A stretch of 64,000 bases of DNA from Malacoraja senta (Eukaryota): NCBI GenBank assembly GCA_038087875.1, contig JAXLNO010003834.1, forward strand, positions 186,001 to 250,000. Direction: 5' to 3'. The notes beneath the pieces were generated by a model that saw nothing but the letters and a program-made list of their open reading frames with translations, was not told where the DNA came from and searched no databases. Below, in pieces: positions 50,355 to 62,300 of this stretch. The translations under genes were made by a program, and so were the position numbers. Numbering within the stretch: position 1 is the stretch's first letter; each line of letters begins with the position of its first letter.

Positions 50355-50700
50355 CATAGATAGGATAGACAGTCAAATCTTTTTTCCAGGATGCAAATAT
50401 CAAATACTGGAGAGCGTAGCTTTAAGGTGAGAGAGGCAAAGTTTAAAGGAGATGTGCTTGGCAAGTCATTTTACACAGAGGGTGGTGTGTGTCTGGAACA
50501 CACTGCCAGGGGTTGGTGGTGGAGGCAGATACGATCGCAGCAATTAAGAGACTTTTGGATAGGGACATGGATATGCAGGAAAAGGAGAGATATGGGTTAT
50601 GTGCAGGCAGATAAGAGTTGATCTCGGCATCATGTTTGGCACTGATATTGTGGGCCGAATGGCCTGTTCCTTTGCTGCACCCTTCCATTTTCTATGTAGT
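50355..50700 (+). mobile_element. CR1 3' fragment
   Basis: FKVREAKFKGDVLGKSFYT...; tail gggccgaatggcctgttcc. Confidence 0.8.
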
Positions 50701-51299
50701 CCTTATAATATGGCTAAGTCATGCAGGGGTCAGAGGGATCACAACATTGCTGGACACACATAATGGAAAAACATACCCAGTCCCTCCTGACATGTCAAAG
50801 TGATACTGATCCCTGTGAGATCATGTTGCTCTGGTCAATGACTAACTGAAAGAGGGAGGTGGTGTCATCATAGTGGGATCATAGTGGGAAAAGGAATTCA
50901 GTCTCGCAAGGCAACTGCTGATATAATCTTCTTCCTAATAAACTTCAAGAAGAGGCAGAATTTAATGGACGAAAACAGAAATTAACATTCAGGATCCATT
51001 CCATGTTGTTCCAATCTGCATATTCCTGGAGCAGAAGCCTTTTCTGCTGAGAAAATCAGTTCCATGAATGGTCATTGGTCTCTCAGTGCGACCCCCTGTG
51101 TTACAGCCAAGCCCTCACAGTGCCTGTACTTATGCAGCTACATTGAGTGCCGTCCACTTGTGGTGGGCCAGCCAGGCCAGCAGAGAAGTAAGGAAAGCTT
51201 TTGATTTATATAGATTGTAAGGTCATGTGCAGCTAAAGATGTATCTTTCGAACTGCAGTTAGTGTTGCAATATAGAATGGAAGTCCATTTCTGCGCCAT

Positions 51300-51572
51300 C
51301 ATAGTGACCAGATTTATCCGTTCTTGTGATTTCAATTGAAAGATAAGTATTAACTGGCGGACTAGGTCATCGCAAATGCTTTTCTTTCCAACAGGCCACA
51401 AGATCTATTACATCTTCATGGGTGGTGGTGGCAAAGCTCAGCTCAATGCCTTGTTTGGAAGAATGAACTCATTAAATGGATAACCAGCCTGGAATTTTGT
51501 GCGCAAAGCTTTGGCGTGGGACTTAAACCCACAATCTTCTGTGTCAGAGATGATACCACTATCTACCGAGCC
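51300..51572 (-). mobile_element. Ancient DeuSINE (SacSINE1-like) remnant
   Basis: Reverse complement ggctcggtag...ctctgacacagaagattgtgggtttaagtcccac...gcacaaaattccaggctg. Confidence 0.55.
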
Positions 51573-51980
51573 TCAAATGCCACAAGGAAGTTTTGCTTTC
51601 CAGTTACACTTTGTTCTCGGTAGGGACATTAATTCTGAAACTGCTTTGGATTTATTTCGTGGCCCTGAGTCATGCTCTCTGTTGCCCATTGTCTTCCCCA
51701 CCCTGTTTCTGGAATGCAGCTGACCAAAGAAATAATACAGGACTGATTTTGCAATTAATTCTGATGCCGTAATCCAAAGAAAAAAGATCTATATGAAATG
51801 CCATCAGTTACCCTGCCTTCACCGCAGTTGACTCAAGATGAATGTATGGCTGATCCATGGATAGCATTCCATTGTAAAAAATCACTTCCTCTGCATTGCC
51901 GTTCTATATAGTGCCTAATCCAGACATTGCCCCTAAAATATAGACTTGCTCTGAGAAAAAACGGCTGCCCCTAACTATCT

Positions 51981-52937
51981 AAGATAGACACAAAAAGCTG
52001 GAGTAACTCAGCGGGACAGGCAGCATCACTGGAGAGAAGGAATTTTTAAAAACAATTTTTTTCCAAAATATACTTTATTCCAGAAATAAATATATACAAT
52101 ACATGTTCCTTACAAAACTCCATCCGACAATTCTCGGAGGCTATACATACATTCAATACTGTTTACACAAATTGCACAATTTTTCAACGTGCGCAGTGTG
52201 AAGAACACTTTGCGATGTGTAAACGCCTTGCAGTACCTGGCCACGGTCAAGGCAGACGTGACTTTTCTGCAGGACTGCGGGCTGCCACACCTCCGCGGCT
52301 CTCGGAGGTGGTCGCGATGATGGCCCCACGGACTGTCGGTATGGGGAGGGGGTGGTTTGGGTGGGAAGGGATGTTAACCAGGGAGTTGCGGAGGGAACGG
52401 TCTCTGCAGAAGTCGGAAAGGGGTGGAGATGGGAAAATGTGGTTAGTGGTGGGATCCCATTGGAGGTGGTGGAAATTTCGGAGGATTATGTGTTGACTGC
52501 TACGGCTGATGGGGTGGAAGGTAAGGACTAGGGGGACGCTGTCTCTGTTGCGACTAGGGGGAGGGGGAGCAAGGGCGGAGCTGTGGGGTACTGAGGAGAT
52601 ACAAGTGAGGGCCTAATTTATGATGGGAGAGGGGAGTCACCGTTTCCCTAAAGAATAAGGACATCTCTGATGTTCCAGTATGGAACACCTCATCTTGGGC
52701 GCAGATGCGGTGTAGATGGAGGAATTGGGAGTAGGGGATGGGGTCTTTGCAGGAAGCAGGGTGGGAAGGCGTGTAGTCAAGATAGTTGTAGGAGTCAGTG
52801 GGTTTGTAATAGACGTCAGTCAATAGTCTATTTCTTGTGATGGAGACTGTGAGATCATGAAAGGGGAAGGAGGTGTCGGAGATGGTCCGAGTAAATTTGA
52901 GTGCAGGATGAAAATTAGTGGTGAAGTTGATAACTAA
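51981..52937 (-). mobile_element. Penelope-like element fragment (RT C-terminus + 3' arm), interrupted
   Basis: ORF 52554-52823 (TDVYYKPTDSYNYLDYTPSHPASCKDPIPYSQFLHLHRIC) is PLE RT thumb region, Neptune-like. Flanking repeat ctaactatct at 51971-51980 / 52938-52947. Confidence 0.85.
52043..52347. mobile_element. Tx1/L1-clade LINE pieces: 3' tail (- strand, ~52043-52170) joined to APE endonuclease N-terminus (+ strand, 52186-52347)
   Basis: + frame NVRSVKNTLRCVNALQYLATVKADVTFLQDCGLPH...*WPHGLSVWG (NVR and D..FLQE/D motifs); - strand aataaagtatattttggaaaaaaa. Confidence 0.7.
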
Positions 52938-53231
52938 CTAACTATCTGTCTTAATTGCTTAGCTTAGTTGAAGTGTCAGTGCCTTTGCCGTTCCTTTATG
53001 ATTTTTTTATTTTATTTTTTAAAACATAAGGAAAGTTCTATGATTTAAAAGTCAGTTATAGTATTGCTGAAAGTGGGAGGTACAAATTTTACAATTTCTG
53101 CAGTCGTCCATCATCATAAAATACTGATCTAAAACATAATTTCTGTAGCTAAATAGGTATACATGAATCGCAATTCGTCTGTAGCTTCAAAAACCCTCTG
53201 ATCTAAAGACTGAATTTGGTTTTCTGAGGCC

Positions 53232-53635
53232 TTGGATAGAGTCATAACGACATACAGCACGGAAAATACACTTCGGCCCAACTCGTCCATGGTGACCAAG
53301 ATGCCCCATCTATGCTAGTCCCATTTGCCCACATTTTGTCCATATCCCTCTAAATCTTTTTATTCCATGTAGCTGTCCAAGTGTCTTTTAAATACTGTTG
53401 TACCTGCCTCAATGATCTCTTCTGGCAGTTCATTCCATATACCCACCACCCACTGTGTGAAAAAGTTGCCCCTCTGACCTATTAAATCTTTCCCCTCTCA
53501 CCTTAAACCTATGTCCTCTGGTTCCTGACTTGCCTACCCTGGGGCAGTCTCTGTGCATTCACCCTATCAATTCCCATCATGATTTTATACACCTCTATAA
53601 GATAACCCCTTTGCATCATGTGCTGCAAGGAATAA
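53232..53635 (-). mobile_element. CR1 3' fragment (second subfamily)
   Basis: Homologous to 21868-22205 and 42745-43300. Confidence 0.85.
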
Positions 53636-54419
53636 TCAGACAATAATTCCATCTAATGATAGTCATTGTCTGATTATTATTGTCCCCATATCAAGCTGTG
53701 AAGTAGGGAGATGTTGAAGAGATATTATTGGCCTTGAGTGTGTAAGGGTATGCAGTTTAACAATGACGGTCCCCACAATTATACTCCTTTCCACGCTATC
53801 TTTCTATCTTGCATGCACTTTGTTTCTGTTTTGTTTCGCTTAAAGCCATTAACAGCTGCAGTAACGAGAACTGAGCATAAATATTTATTCCAATGGGATT
53901 CCTAAGGCACATTACTGAAATTCTATTTATTAAACTGTTTAATAGTTTGTATCCTTTTAGTACAAATAATTATCCGTTAATCATTGTTACCACAAAACAG
54001 AGGAGAAGATGAGATCTAGTGACATTTTTATCTGTGGGACCAAAATGCAAATTGGATATCCGCAGTTAATTGTATTTACAGATAAATATTTCATGTTCCT
54101 TTACATCTTGTGTATTAATTCATTACTAATGATGGGGTTTAATCACCTCACCTGAAATGCTCTCACGTTGAAATACCTGTCACCTGACCAGGCTCATTTC
54201 CCAATTAATGCAAGGTCCAATATAATCCCTCCTCTGTTTGTACGATCAAGAGACTCTTTCAAGGAAACTTGCATTGAAGTGAACTAACTTTCTGCCCACC
54301 AGTCTGACCATGTTCATCAAACTGTCACTGTCTAACCTTCCTTTTAGCTTTGCTCCCCATAACCTCGATCTTGTCATCAGTCTCTCCACATGCTACTACT
54401 CAGGTTTCCACCCCACGGT

Positions 54420-54900
54420 CACTAGTTTAAACCCTTCCGGCGAGCAGGAACGAGCCTCTCTGCTAGGACATTAATTCACCCGCTGTTCGGATGCAGCACA
54501 TCCCTCTTGCACAGGTCTCCCCTGCCCAGGAAGAGATCCCAGTGATCCATATACAAAGCCCATCCTCCTTAGTGCATTAGCTCCTTAGCCACATATTGAA
54601 CTGCACTATCTTTCTACTTCTTGCCTCACTAGCTAGTAGCACTAGCTCATTACAACCCTGGAGGGTCCAGTTTTTTAACCTGTTACCAAACACCCTAAAT
54701 ACTCCTTGCAGGACCCCATCTCCCTTCTCCTTATGTCATTGGTAGCAATGTGGACCACAATCTCTGCTTGCTCCCTCTCCCCACTCAGAATATGCCATCT
54801 CCCCACAGAGGTATCCTTGACGCTGGCACCAGGAAGAGAACACCCCATCCTGGAGTCTCATTTCCAGCCACAGAGACTCCTATCTGTACCCCTGATGTAG
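54420..54900 (-). mobile_element. CR1 ORF1 esterase-like remnant
   Basis: Reverse complement reads GRGDLCKRDVLHPNSG*INVLAERLVPARRKGLN*. Confidence 0.65.
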
Positions 54901-55159
54901 AGGTTTCTATCAGTATTAACCCCTTATACGATCATCACAGTTTGTTGATTTCCTATCTTGAAAATAGTTGCATTGAATTTCAAATAACTCAGACATGGTT
55001 AATGCTGTCCAATCATTTCTACTTTACATCCCTGGCCCAGATAAACATGATTAGCCTAGATTGTCACTAAAATTCTGTTCATAGAAATATGTATAAATAC
55101 AATGTTTTTTTGGTAAATTTGTGGGTAAACCTGCTAAAAGATGGAATCATTGACTCAAA

Positions 55160-55377
55160 GGTAGACAAAAATGCTGGAGAAACCCAGCGGGTGAGGCAGC
55201 ATCTGTGGAGCGAAGGAATAGGTGACGATTCGGGTCGAGACCCTTCTTCAGACTGAAGGGTCTCGACTCGAAACGTCACCTATTCCTTCGCTCCATAGAT
55301 GCTGCCTCACCCGCTGAGCATCTCCAGCATTTTTGTCTAACTGCGATTTTTCCAGCATCTGCAGTTCTTTCTTAAAT
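55160..55377. mobile_element. PLE-derived fold-back element with two opposed hammerhead motifs, 16-bp TSD
   Basis: TSD gaatcattgactcaaa at 55144-55159 and 55378-55393; ~90-bp inverted arms; motifs at 55224-55251 (-) and 55253-55277 (+). Confidence 0.92.
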
Positions 55378-56549
55378 GAATCATTGACTCAAAACTGTGA
55401 AAGTACAGCAATCGTCAAACAAAAAGAAAAAACATTTGAATGGGAAAGACCCACTAAGGAAGTGAGCGTGGGGTATAATGGAGCAAGACTTTGTAACCAC
55501 CACCAAGGGAATTGTTTCTCTCATTATAACCTCTGGCGGAAAGGACTGTAAATTGTTCTGAGAGGCAGTCATTTGTTGTAGATTAGACTGTACAAATATT
55601 TTGACACTTTGGCACTTTGGTAACAAATCACGGAGATGTTGGGAAAATCTGCCATCAATTCAAATCCATTCACTTGACAATACTGGCCAATGGGAGCGAG
55701 CTGCAGATAAATGTTACTTTTAAGATTACGATTTCTTAATTTTCCAAACAGCATCGTGTTATCCACTACCCCACTACCCCAAGTCTTTTACCCACAACCA
55801 GAGGACATAGGTTTAATGTAAAAGGGGTACAATTTAATGGGAACCTGAGGGGTAATTTTTTTACGCAGGTATTTATATTGCGTTATCTGCGTTTAGAATT
55901 ATGCACTATTGTCCAACAAGTTGTCCAATGTTGTGTGAAATATATAGAATGAGAGTAGAATATGCACATAATGTAGCAGAAACACTGCCATTTTGCTCAT
56001 TCTTCATAATGTATTTCTGTTTACACAAAACAAATCCAATACAGGGACATTTATTCTCCTGAAACATCCTAAATTCTACCCACTCTGTATTTAGTGCAGA
56101 CGATGGTACAGAAGATACCAGAGTGGTGCAGGATGGGGATGGGGCTCCAATGGGGAGTTTGCAGAAAGCACACTGTTGGTAAATCATTGATCGCATTCCC
56201 ATACTCTGAGAGAACACTCCAAGTTGGAAGCATTGAATTGTGAAATCACTATGTTCGCTACAGCATAATTATAATAATAATCAGTCTTATCAGCACAGTT
56301 TTGTAATGCAATAGAAACTGTTTAGTTTCATTACTTTATAATCTAATTGTTGATCACACTGCCCTTGTGATTCTAGAAAGTATGCCCCAAAACTACTTTC
56401 TTATTTTTGCAATGTCGAATTCCATTCGTTTAATTATAATTTATCTTTACAATCTCCTTACAAAATGGAAACACAAATGTTAGGAAACTTGCGTTATTGC
56501 GTGTCATGAAGCGTGAATATATTCAATCGATTAGATTCATATCAAATGA

Positions 56550-56715
56550 AGTTTCACTCAGGGTGCCATGGAAATGGAATGGGTTGCCGGAGGAAGTGGT
56601 AGAGGCAGTTTCAATGATGACATTAAGTGGGACGAGCTCAGTTAGCCCACTTGTTTGGCATCGATGAGTTGGGCCAAAATGCCTGTTTCCATGCCACTAT
56701 GCCTTCATGACTCTT
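56550..56715 (+). mobile_element. Decayed CR1 3' tail
   Basis: tggaatgggttgccggaggaagtggtagaggcag...gagttgggccaaaatgcctgtttcc. Confidence 0.7.
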
Positions 56716-56884
56716 AAGTATAACAGATCAGGTTACTCATTAACCAATTAAGTTATACATTCTGTTCAAAGTCATAATAAGTGCGAGATTCACTTAAGGA
56801 GGAAATATTAATCCTTCAATAACCAAAAAGCCAACAGTCCATTGTTTTCAATAATAAACACTTAAAATTGAAAATTGAGAGACA

Positions 56885-57075
56885 ACACAGAACAGGTCGT
56901 TCAGCCACCAAGTCCTCAACAACCATCAACCACCTCAAGCTGTACATCCATCCCATCAATTTACCAACACGATAGAGGCAAATTATTATGACCAATCAGC
57001 CTACCAACCCACACATCTTTGTGGAATCCCACATGGTCAAAGGGAGAACATGCAAACTCCACCTAGACAGCACCC
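56885..57075 (-). mobile_element. Decayed HE1/V-SINE-like copy
   Basis: cccacatggtcaaagggagaacatgcaaactccacctagacagcacc. Confidence 0.65.
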
Positions 57076-57866
57076 TTTGGTGGCAATGGAGGGGCAGGAT
57101 GGGGGGTGGAATGATTGGTGACATAAAAGGAGAAAGTTGCTACACACAATAAACTACAAACTTTAGGTGCCATTTTTAATGTATGGGTATGCAGTGTGAT
57201 TGTACAGGAATGCACTGCTACAGGTTGCTGGATTAGAAATTTGTACCTTTGAGACCATTTCCTTTGTAAAAGTGCTATTTGTGAAATGTCACTGTGTCTG
57301 ACATATTCTTGCATGGCAGCAGAGGAACTTGGAGGAATAGTCACTCTTGTGGCTGAGAGCAACTTCAAATTCCCTTCCACATGTCTTAGTATTTGGCACT
57401 GTTGCTGGAAAGTTGGTCAGCTGCCTGCCTTCTTGGCAGCAGTGGATATTTAATGTGTGGCTGTACAGACTAACTTACACCGAATATAACATTTTGGATG
57501 AGGTTCAAAGTATATATCAGAGAATGGTCTCTCCATAAAATGCTATAAAAATGACAATTGTAAATCAAATAGCATTTGCTGAAACTGGCAATTCACTTCA
57601 CCAATGTCTTCAAGCCATTGTGGGTGAAGGAAATAATGGATATTGTTGGATGGATGCCCCTTGAATTCTTATTTAAACGGAGTACCAAACATTAAGTTCT
57701 TGGCTGAAGCTTTTTTTTTTAAGGAGCAACATTTACAAAAGCTGTAGTGGGCAGAATTCTAGCAATTTTTTTCTGTCACTGAATATACATGGAGTTCCCT
57801 TTGTCTGAAAGAGTGGAAATAAGTGGAGTGATATCTACAAAGTGTTTACAACACAAGATTACATCG

Positions 57867-58174
57867 TTTTTTAGTTTTGGAGATACAATGGTAACAGGCT
57901 CTTCGGCCCACCAAGTCCACACCGACCAGCAATCTCCGCACACTAACACTATACTACACACACTAGGGGCGATTTACATTTATATCAAGCTAATTAGCCC
58001 AAAAACCTGTACGCCTTTGTAGTGTGGGAGGAAACCGGAGCACCCAGAGAAAATCCACGCAGGTCACGGGGAGAACATACAAACTCTGCACAGGCAAGCA
58101 CCCGTAGTCAGGATCGAACCTGGGTCTCTGTCGCTGTAAGGCAGCAACTCTACCGCTGTGCCACCATGCCGCCC
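57867..58174 (-). mobile_element. HE1/V-SINE-like copy, full length, antisense, 82 nt upstream of the last ERC1 exon
   Basis: Tail, V core, B-box (caggatcgaacc), head ...gccaccatgccgccc. Confidence 0.92.
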
Positions 58175-58256
58175 TCCAGTCTTCTCACAGCCTTCTAACT
58201 TTATTTCGTAGCCTGAGGAATGGATAAAATCTGTTGTGTCTACTTTTGTTTTGCAG

Positions 58257-58394
58257 CTGAACGCTGAGCTTGAACAGTGTGAGAAAGAAAGTTCACAACT
58301 TCAGGACTACGCCAACACCATCCTCCAGCAGATTGCCGACCACTGCCCTGACATCCTTGAACTGGTAGTCAATGCCTTGGAAGAATCCTCGTGA
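58257..58394 (+). CDS. ERC1: ERC1 terminal coding exon (FIP-RBD-like C-terminus) including TGA stop
   Basis: Acceptor tacttttgttttgcag|CTG. Translates LNAELEQCEKESSQLQDYANTILQQIADHCPDILELVVNALEESS*, in frame with the 31691 exon. Matches the recalled ERC1 end (...ILQQIADHCPDILEQVVNALEESS). Confidence 0.94.
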   Translation: MNAELEQCEKESSQLQDYANTILQQIADHCPDILELVVNALEESS

Positions 58395-60800
58395 GTCCCC
58401 GTGATTGGACATCAGTGCTGAGCTAAGAAAGAAAAATTGTTGCTGTCGGTTTTTTTAGAATTTGTATTTGTTTCTTTAAAATTTCTTACGGTCACGTGAC
58501 ATTGATCACACTTACTGCAAATAAATGTTCTATGCAAATTTTGATAAAAAGAAAAGGCAAGGCACCAAATTACAGCTGTTTCTGTTGAACCCTTTAGATC
58601 CTAAAATAACTGTAAACCCCCTTAGTGTTAAATCCACAAAGGGGTGTGAGGATATGGAATTTCATAACTCTCTTACAATTGCTTGAGTTTTGTATTATTA
58701 CTACTAAGTTCTCTGTCTTGGGCACACAAACTGCAATTATTCCAATCGCACTTACATTGGCTCATTGTCACAGTAGCCCTCTGGAAAATGGACATGTTCC
58801 ATTCTATATCTTATCGCACATGGTTCTCCATGGTTTCTGGCTTGAGTTTAAAAAAGTGCAAAAAAAGAGAACAAAGGGACCCAATAGGTCTTGTTATATA
58901 GCAGCGATTCGATGACTTGCTCAGAGATCTACAGTTTTGTACTTAATATCAAAAATGCTGTCATCAATTCTGTGGAGCAGTGATTAAAACAGACTATTCA
59001 TCTTTTCAATTGGTGTGCCTGAGCTGGATTCCCAATTGAACAGATTATTCTTTCTTATTTTTACTGGGTTCCTCAAAGGGCCTTGATACTTGAAAATATT
59101 TCATGTCATTTATTTTAGGTTCTGAAGGGTTGTCGCAATGCAGTAACAGAATCTTCCAGGCCCACTCCAGCTCTGGGTGGTATCAGCATTCTTAATTCCT
59201 ATGGTGCATAAGTACAGCAAACTACGGCTATACATTCTAATGTAAAATTGTTGTTTAGCAACGACATGGAACCTCCATTCTCTGCCACAGAGTGCAATGG
59301 AAATTGGCAGACAAGCAAAAACCACCAAATTTTGGTTTTAGCCGTATAATGCGAAAATCATTCAGGCTGAAGCATAAAGAAATCACATATGTAAATAATA
59401 TGAATTGCATGGACTGTCTTTATGATGTGCGATTTATGCTATTCATTAGGAGAGTATATTTAGTGGGCTGCAATACAAGTTTATCTCTCCTGCAACCAAT
59501 TGGCCTTGGCAAATTCTAACACATAATTAGGAAGACAATTGTTTAATTGGAGTGTAGGTAACAGAGGTCACATCGTGTGCATAAAGACACTTGTAACTTA
59601 ACTCCGCACAAAGCAAATACTTAAAGCACAGCACTGCCAAAACTGGACTTGTCAGTCCATCTAAAGGAACTTTGCATTTGTGGACAACATCCCCCTCTCC
59701 AACAGTACACTCTTAAAATATTTGTCTCCTTTGCAACACTATATTGTGATTTAATAGTGCAATTGATGCCACTTTTTATTGCATGGTTTTAGTTGTTCCA
59801 CGGTGCCACCAGGGCATTGAGAAGGTTGGGAATTTGAATTGTCATAGTCTTTTAAAACTAGACAAGTGTTGTCCAAAAGAGGGCAGATCTGTCACCAATT
59901 TTTGATAAGACTCCTTTGAGAGGAATGAGCAGCAGAGGACACTGTCATTGTAGTGGAGTTCAACTAGCTGTGAATGAAATCCATTCTGAGAAAATGCTGT
60001 GGTAATCTGCTCTACGTTTGATCAATTTTATACATACATTATTCCAAATATTCTTGTTAGATCAATGGTCTGAATTCTGTAGAATGACATCATGTTTTGA
60101 TATTTACATTGTTACAATGACTAGGACACTTTAATTCAATGCCTTAAACATTAAACATTCAAGCTATGTGCTGGGCATTTCCTCTTCGGTTAATATTTAG
60201 TATTAATTAGTAAACCTGAAGTTTAGGTGATATGCTGTTGTTTGCTCATGTAAAAATATAGCAATTCAGAATCAGAGTCCACTGATATTAAACTCCCCAA
60301 GTGTCTGAATGAGCGATAGATGACTGACACAGCAAACAACACTGTTTTGAGTTACACTTAAGAAATAAATGGGAATAGTTTTGTGCAGAAGACAGCCGTT
60401 AACATAGCCATTGAATCATAGTCAATTAAGTTTGAAGCTGAAATTAGAGAGTTGAAAAATTCAAACCACTAATAAGGAATCAAAGACATAGGGTTATACT
60501 GCATGGAAAAGGAGCCCTCTGGTTCAATGAAACCATACTAACCATCAGACATCCATGAGGCAGAAGCACATTTAGTTACATCTGTATCAAGGCTGTTATT
60601 ATATAACATTTTATGAATGTCACTTTCAGTATTTCATTTGAAAATTTCTATGCAAACAAATACTAGGCTTAGCCTCTGATGCTTTTTGTTAACTGATCAA
60701 AATAAATTATAACTTAATGCTCTAAAACATGCATATATGTCTCACAAAGTCTCAAATGTGTGCTAGATTTGCATTAATAATCGACTGCTAAAAGTGGACA
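58395..60800 (+). other. ERC1: Probable ERC1 3'UTR (extent uncertain)
   Basis: Follows the stop codon; no recognisable TE for more than 2 kb. AATAAA hexamers at 58520, 60364 and 60701, with further ones at 61322 and 61991. Confidence 0.5.
58520..58525 (+). promoter_or_regulatory. Candidate proximal polyadenylation signal AATAAA
   Basis: First AATAAA after the ERC1 stop, about 125 nt downstream; use not demonstrated. Confidence 0.3.
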
Positions 60801-60964
60801 CTTATTTTTAAACAGTTCTGGCCACATAATAATATAACATTCAGCAAATTGAGAAAAAATATGTCTTATTAGATCTAATTCCTGCTCAGCATATATCCCA
60901 TGAACATGCTTGGGGAACGGTGGTGCACAGCTATATACAGTTATTCAATGTGCCTAGAGTTAGT

Positions 60965-61192
60965 GTGTGCAGGTATATTGGATCATAGTAGAGTGTACAA
61001 ATACACTAAACTTTGGTCGAGTATACAGATGCACTGGACTATGGTACGGTCTACAGATACATTGGATCATGCTGGAGTAGGCTGGACTGTGGTAGGATAG
61101 ACAGAAGATATGCTTGGCTGTAGTAGGGTGGACAGATACACTTGGCCATGGTAGGGTCTATAGACATGGATGTACAGATATGCTGGACTATG
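60965..61192. repeat. Degenerate 28-bp minisatellite (~8 units)
   Basis: Units at 60965, 60993, 61021 and 61049 approximate gtgtacagatacactggactatggtagg. Confidence 0.8.
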
Positions 61193-62300
61193 AAGCTCAG
61201 TTTAAGATGCACTGATATACGGAGTGCTGCTTTCTATTAAGAGATGGAATATGTGATTTATTAGCAAGAATTTTACAGCACAGATGGCATATGACAATAG
61301 CTGATTGAGAATTAAAGCAGAAATAAAATGAAATTGCTCAGAACTTCAGTGCTTCAGTAAATAACCACGTGGGTGTTACAAGGCAGTAATTGTATTGAGC
61401 TGGGCTTTGTAACATGAGAGCAAATCTCAAATTATTTCCGAAGATCAACACATTGAACTACTGTCTAAATTCATTGCCCGGCAATATTGGTCATAGTTTT
61501 GTTTATAATGTTGACTTTGTTGTATTGAGAGTGACTGTTGGTTTTATGCCTGAACGAAAATATTAGTGGTGCTTATTTAGGAGCTAAAAGTATGCATCAT
61601 TGGCTGGTGCCGCAGAATATCAGGTTTGTAGGAATGAGGAGATTACTGGGAAACAAACCAAATAATATGCTGTTGAACAAACTATCTGCAGCTCCTTAAA
61701 TGTAAAAGGTAAAACACTAAGCAACAAAGTACTACCCTGTACATAGTCTAAGGATTTGGGATTGAATTTCAGTTCCTGCTACATCTGAGGTCCTCACAAT
61801 TGGGTCCAGCAACATTCTCGGCAGCTCTGAAGGATAATCAGCCAAGATTTCCACTTCTGTTTGGTATTCAATGACTGCTAATGGAAAATATAAAACGTTA
61901 CACAGGTTTGGACCAGGAATCTCCTTACCTCGTGTTTGTGATGTTAGCTATACCGAGGTAAAGAGGTGTTCGGCATTTCCTTTTCCGTACAATAAAGAGA
62001 ACTCTCATAAGGCTAATTTCAAAGTGATAATATTAGGATCCAGGGAAAGAACAGAAACTATTAATGTAATTGAAGCAGTCAGCTCCAGTCCTGAGAGGAA
62101 ATTGTACTCTATGCAATTTAATCATATAATAACTTTTTAATTAAAGCACATTTCCCTTGGAAAATATATTCATATTTTATGACAGAAATTTTTCCTAATA
62201 ACAAAAAAAACAATGATTAAGAGTTTTCAGTCACTCTGTTCTTTAATATCTGGTGAATCAATCAACATTCCTCCAGTCCCAATACTACACTTGCATGCAG

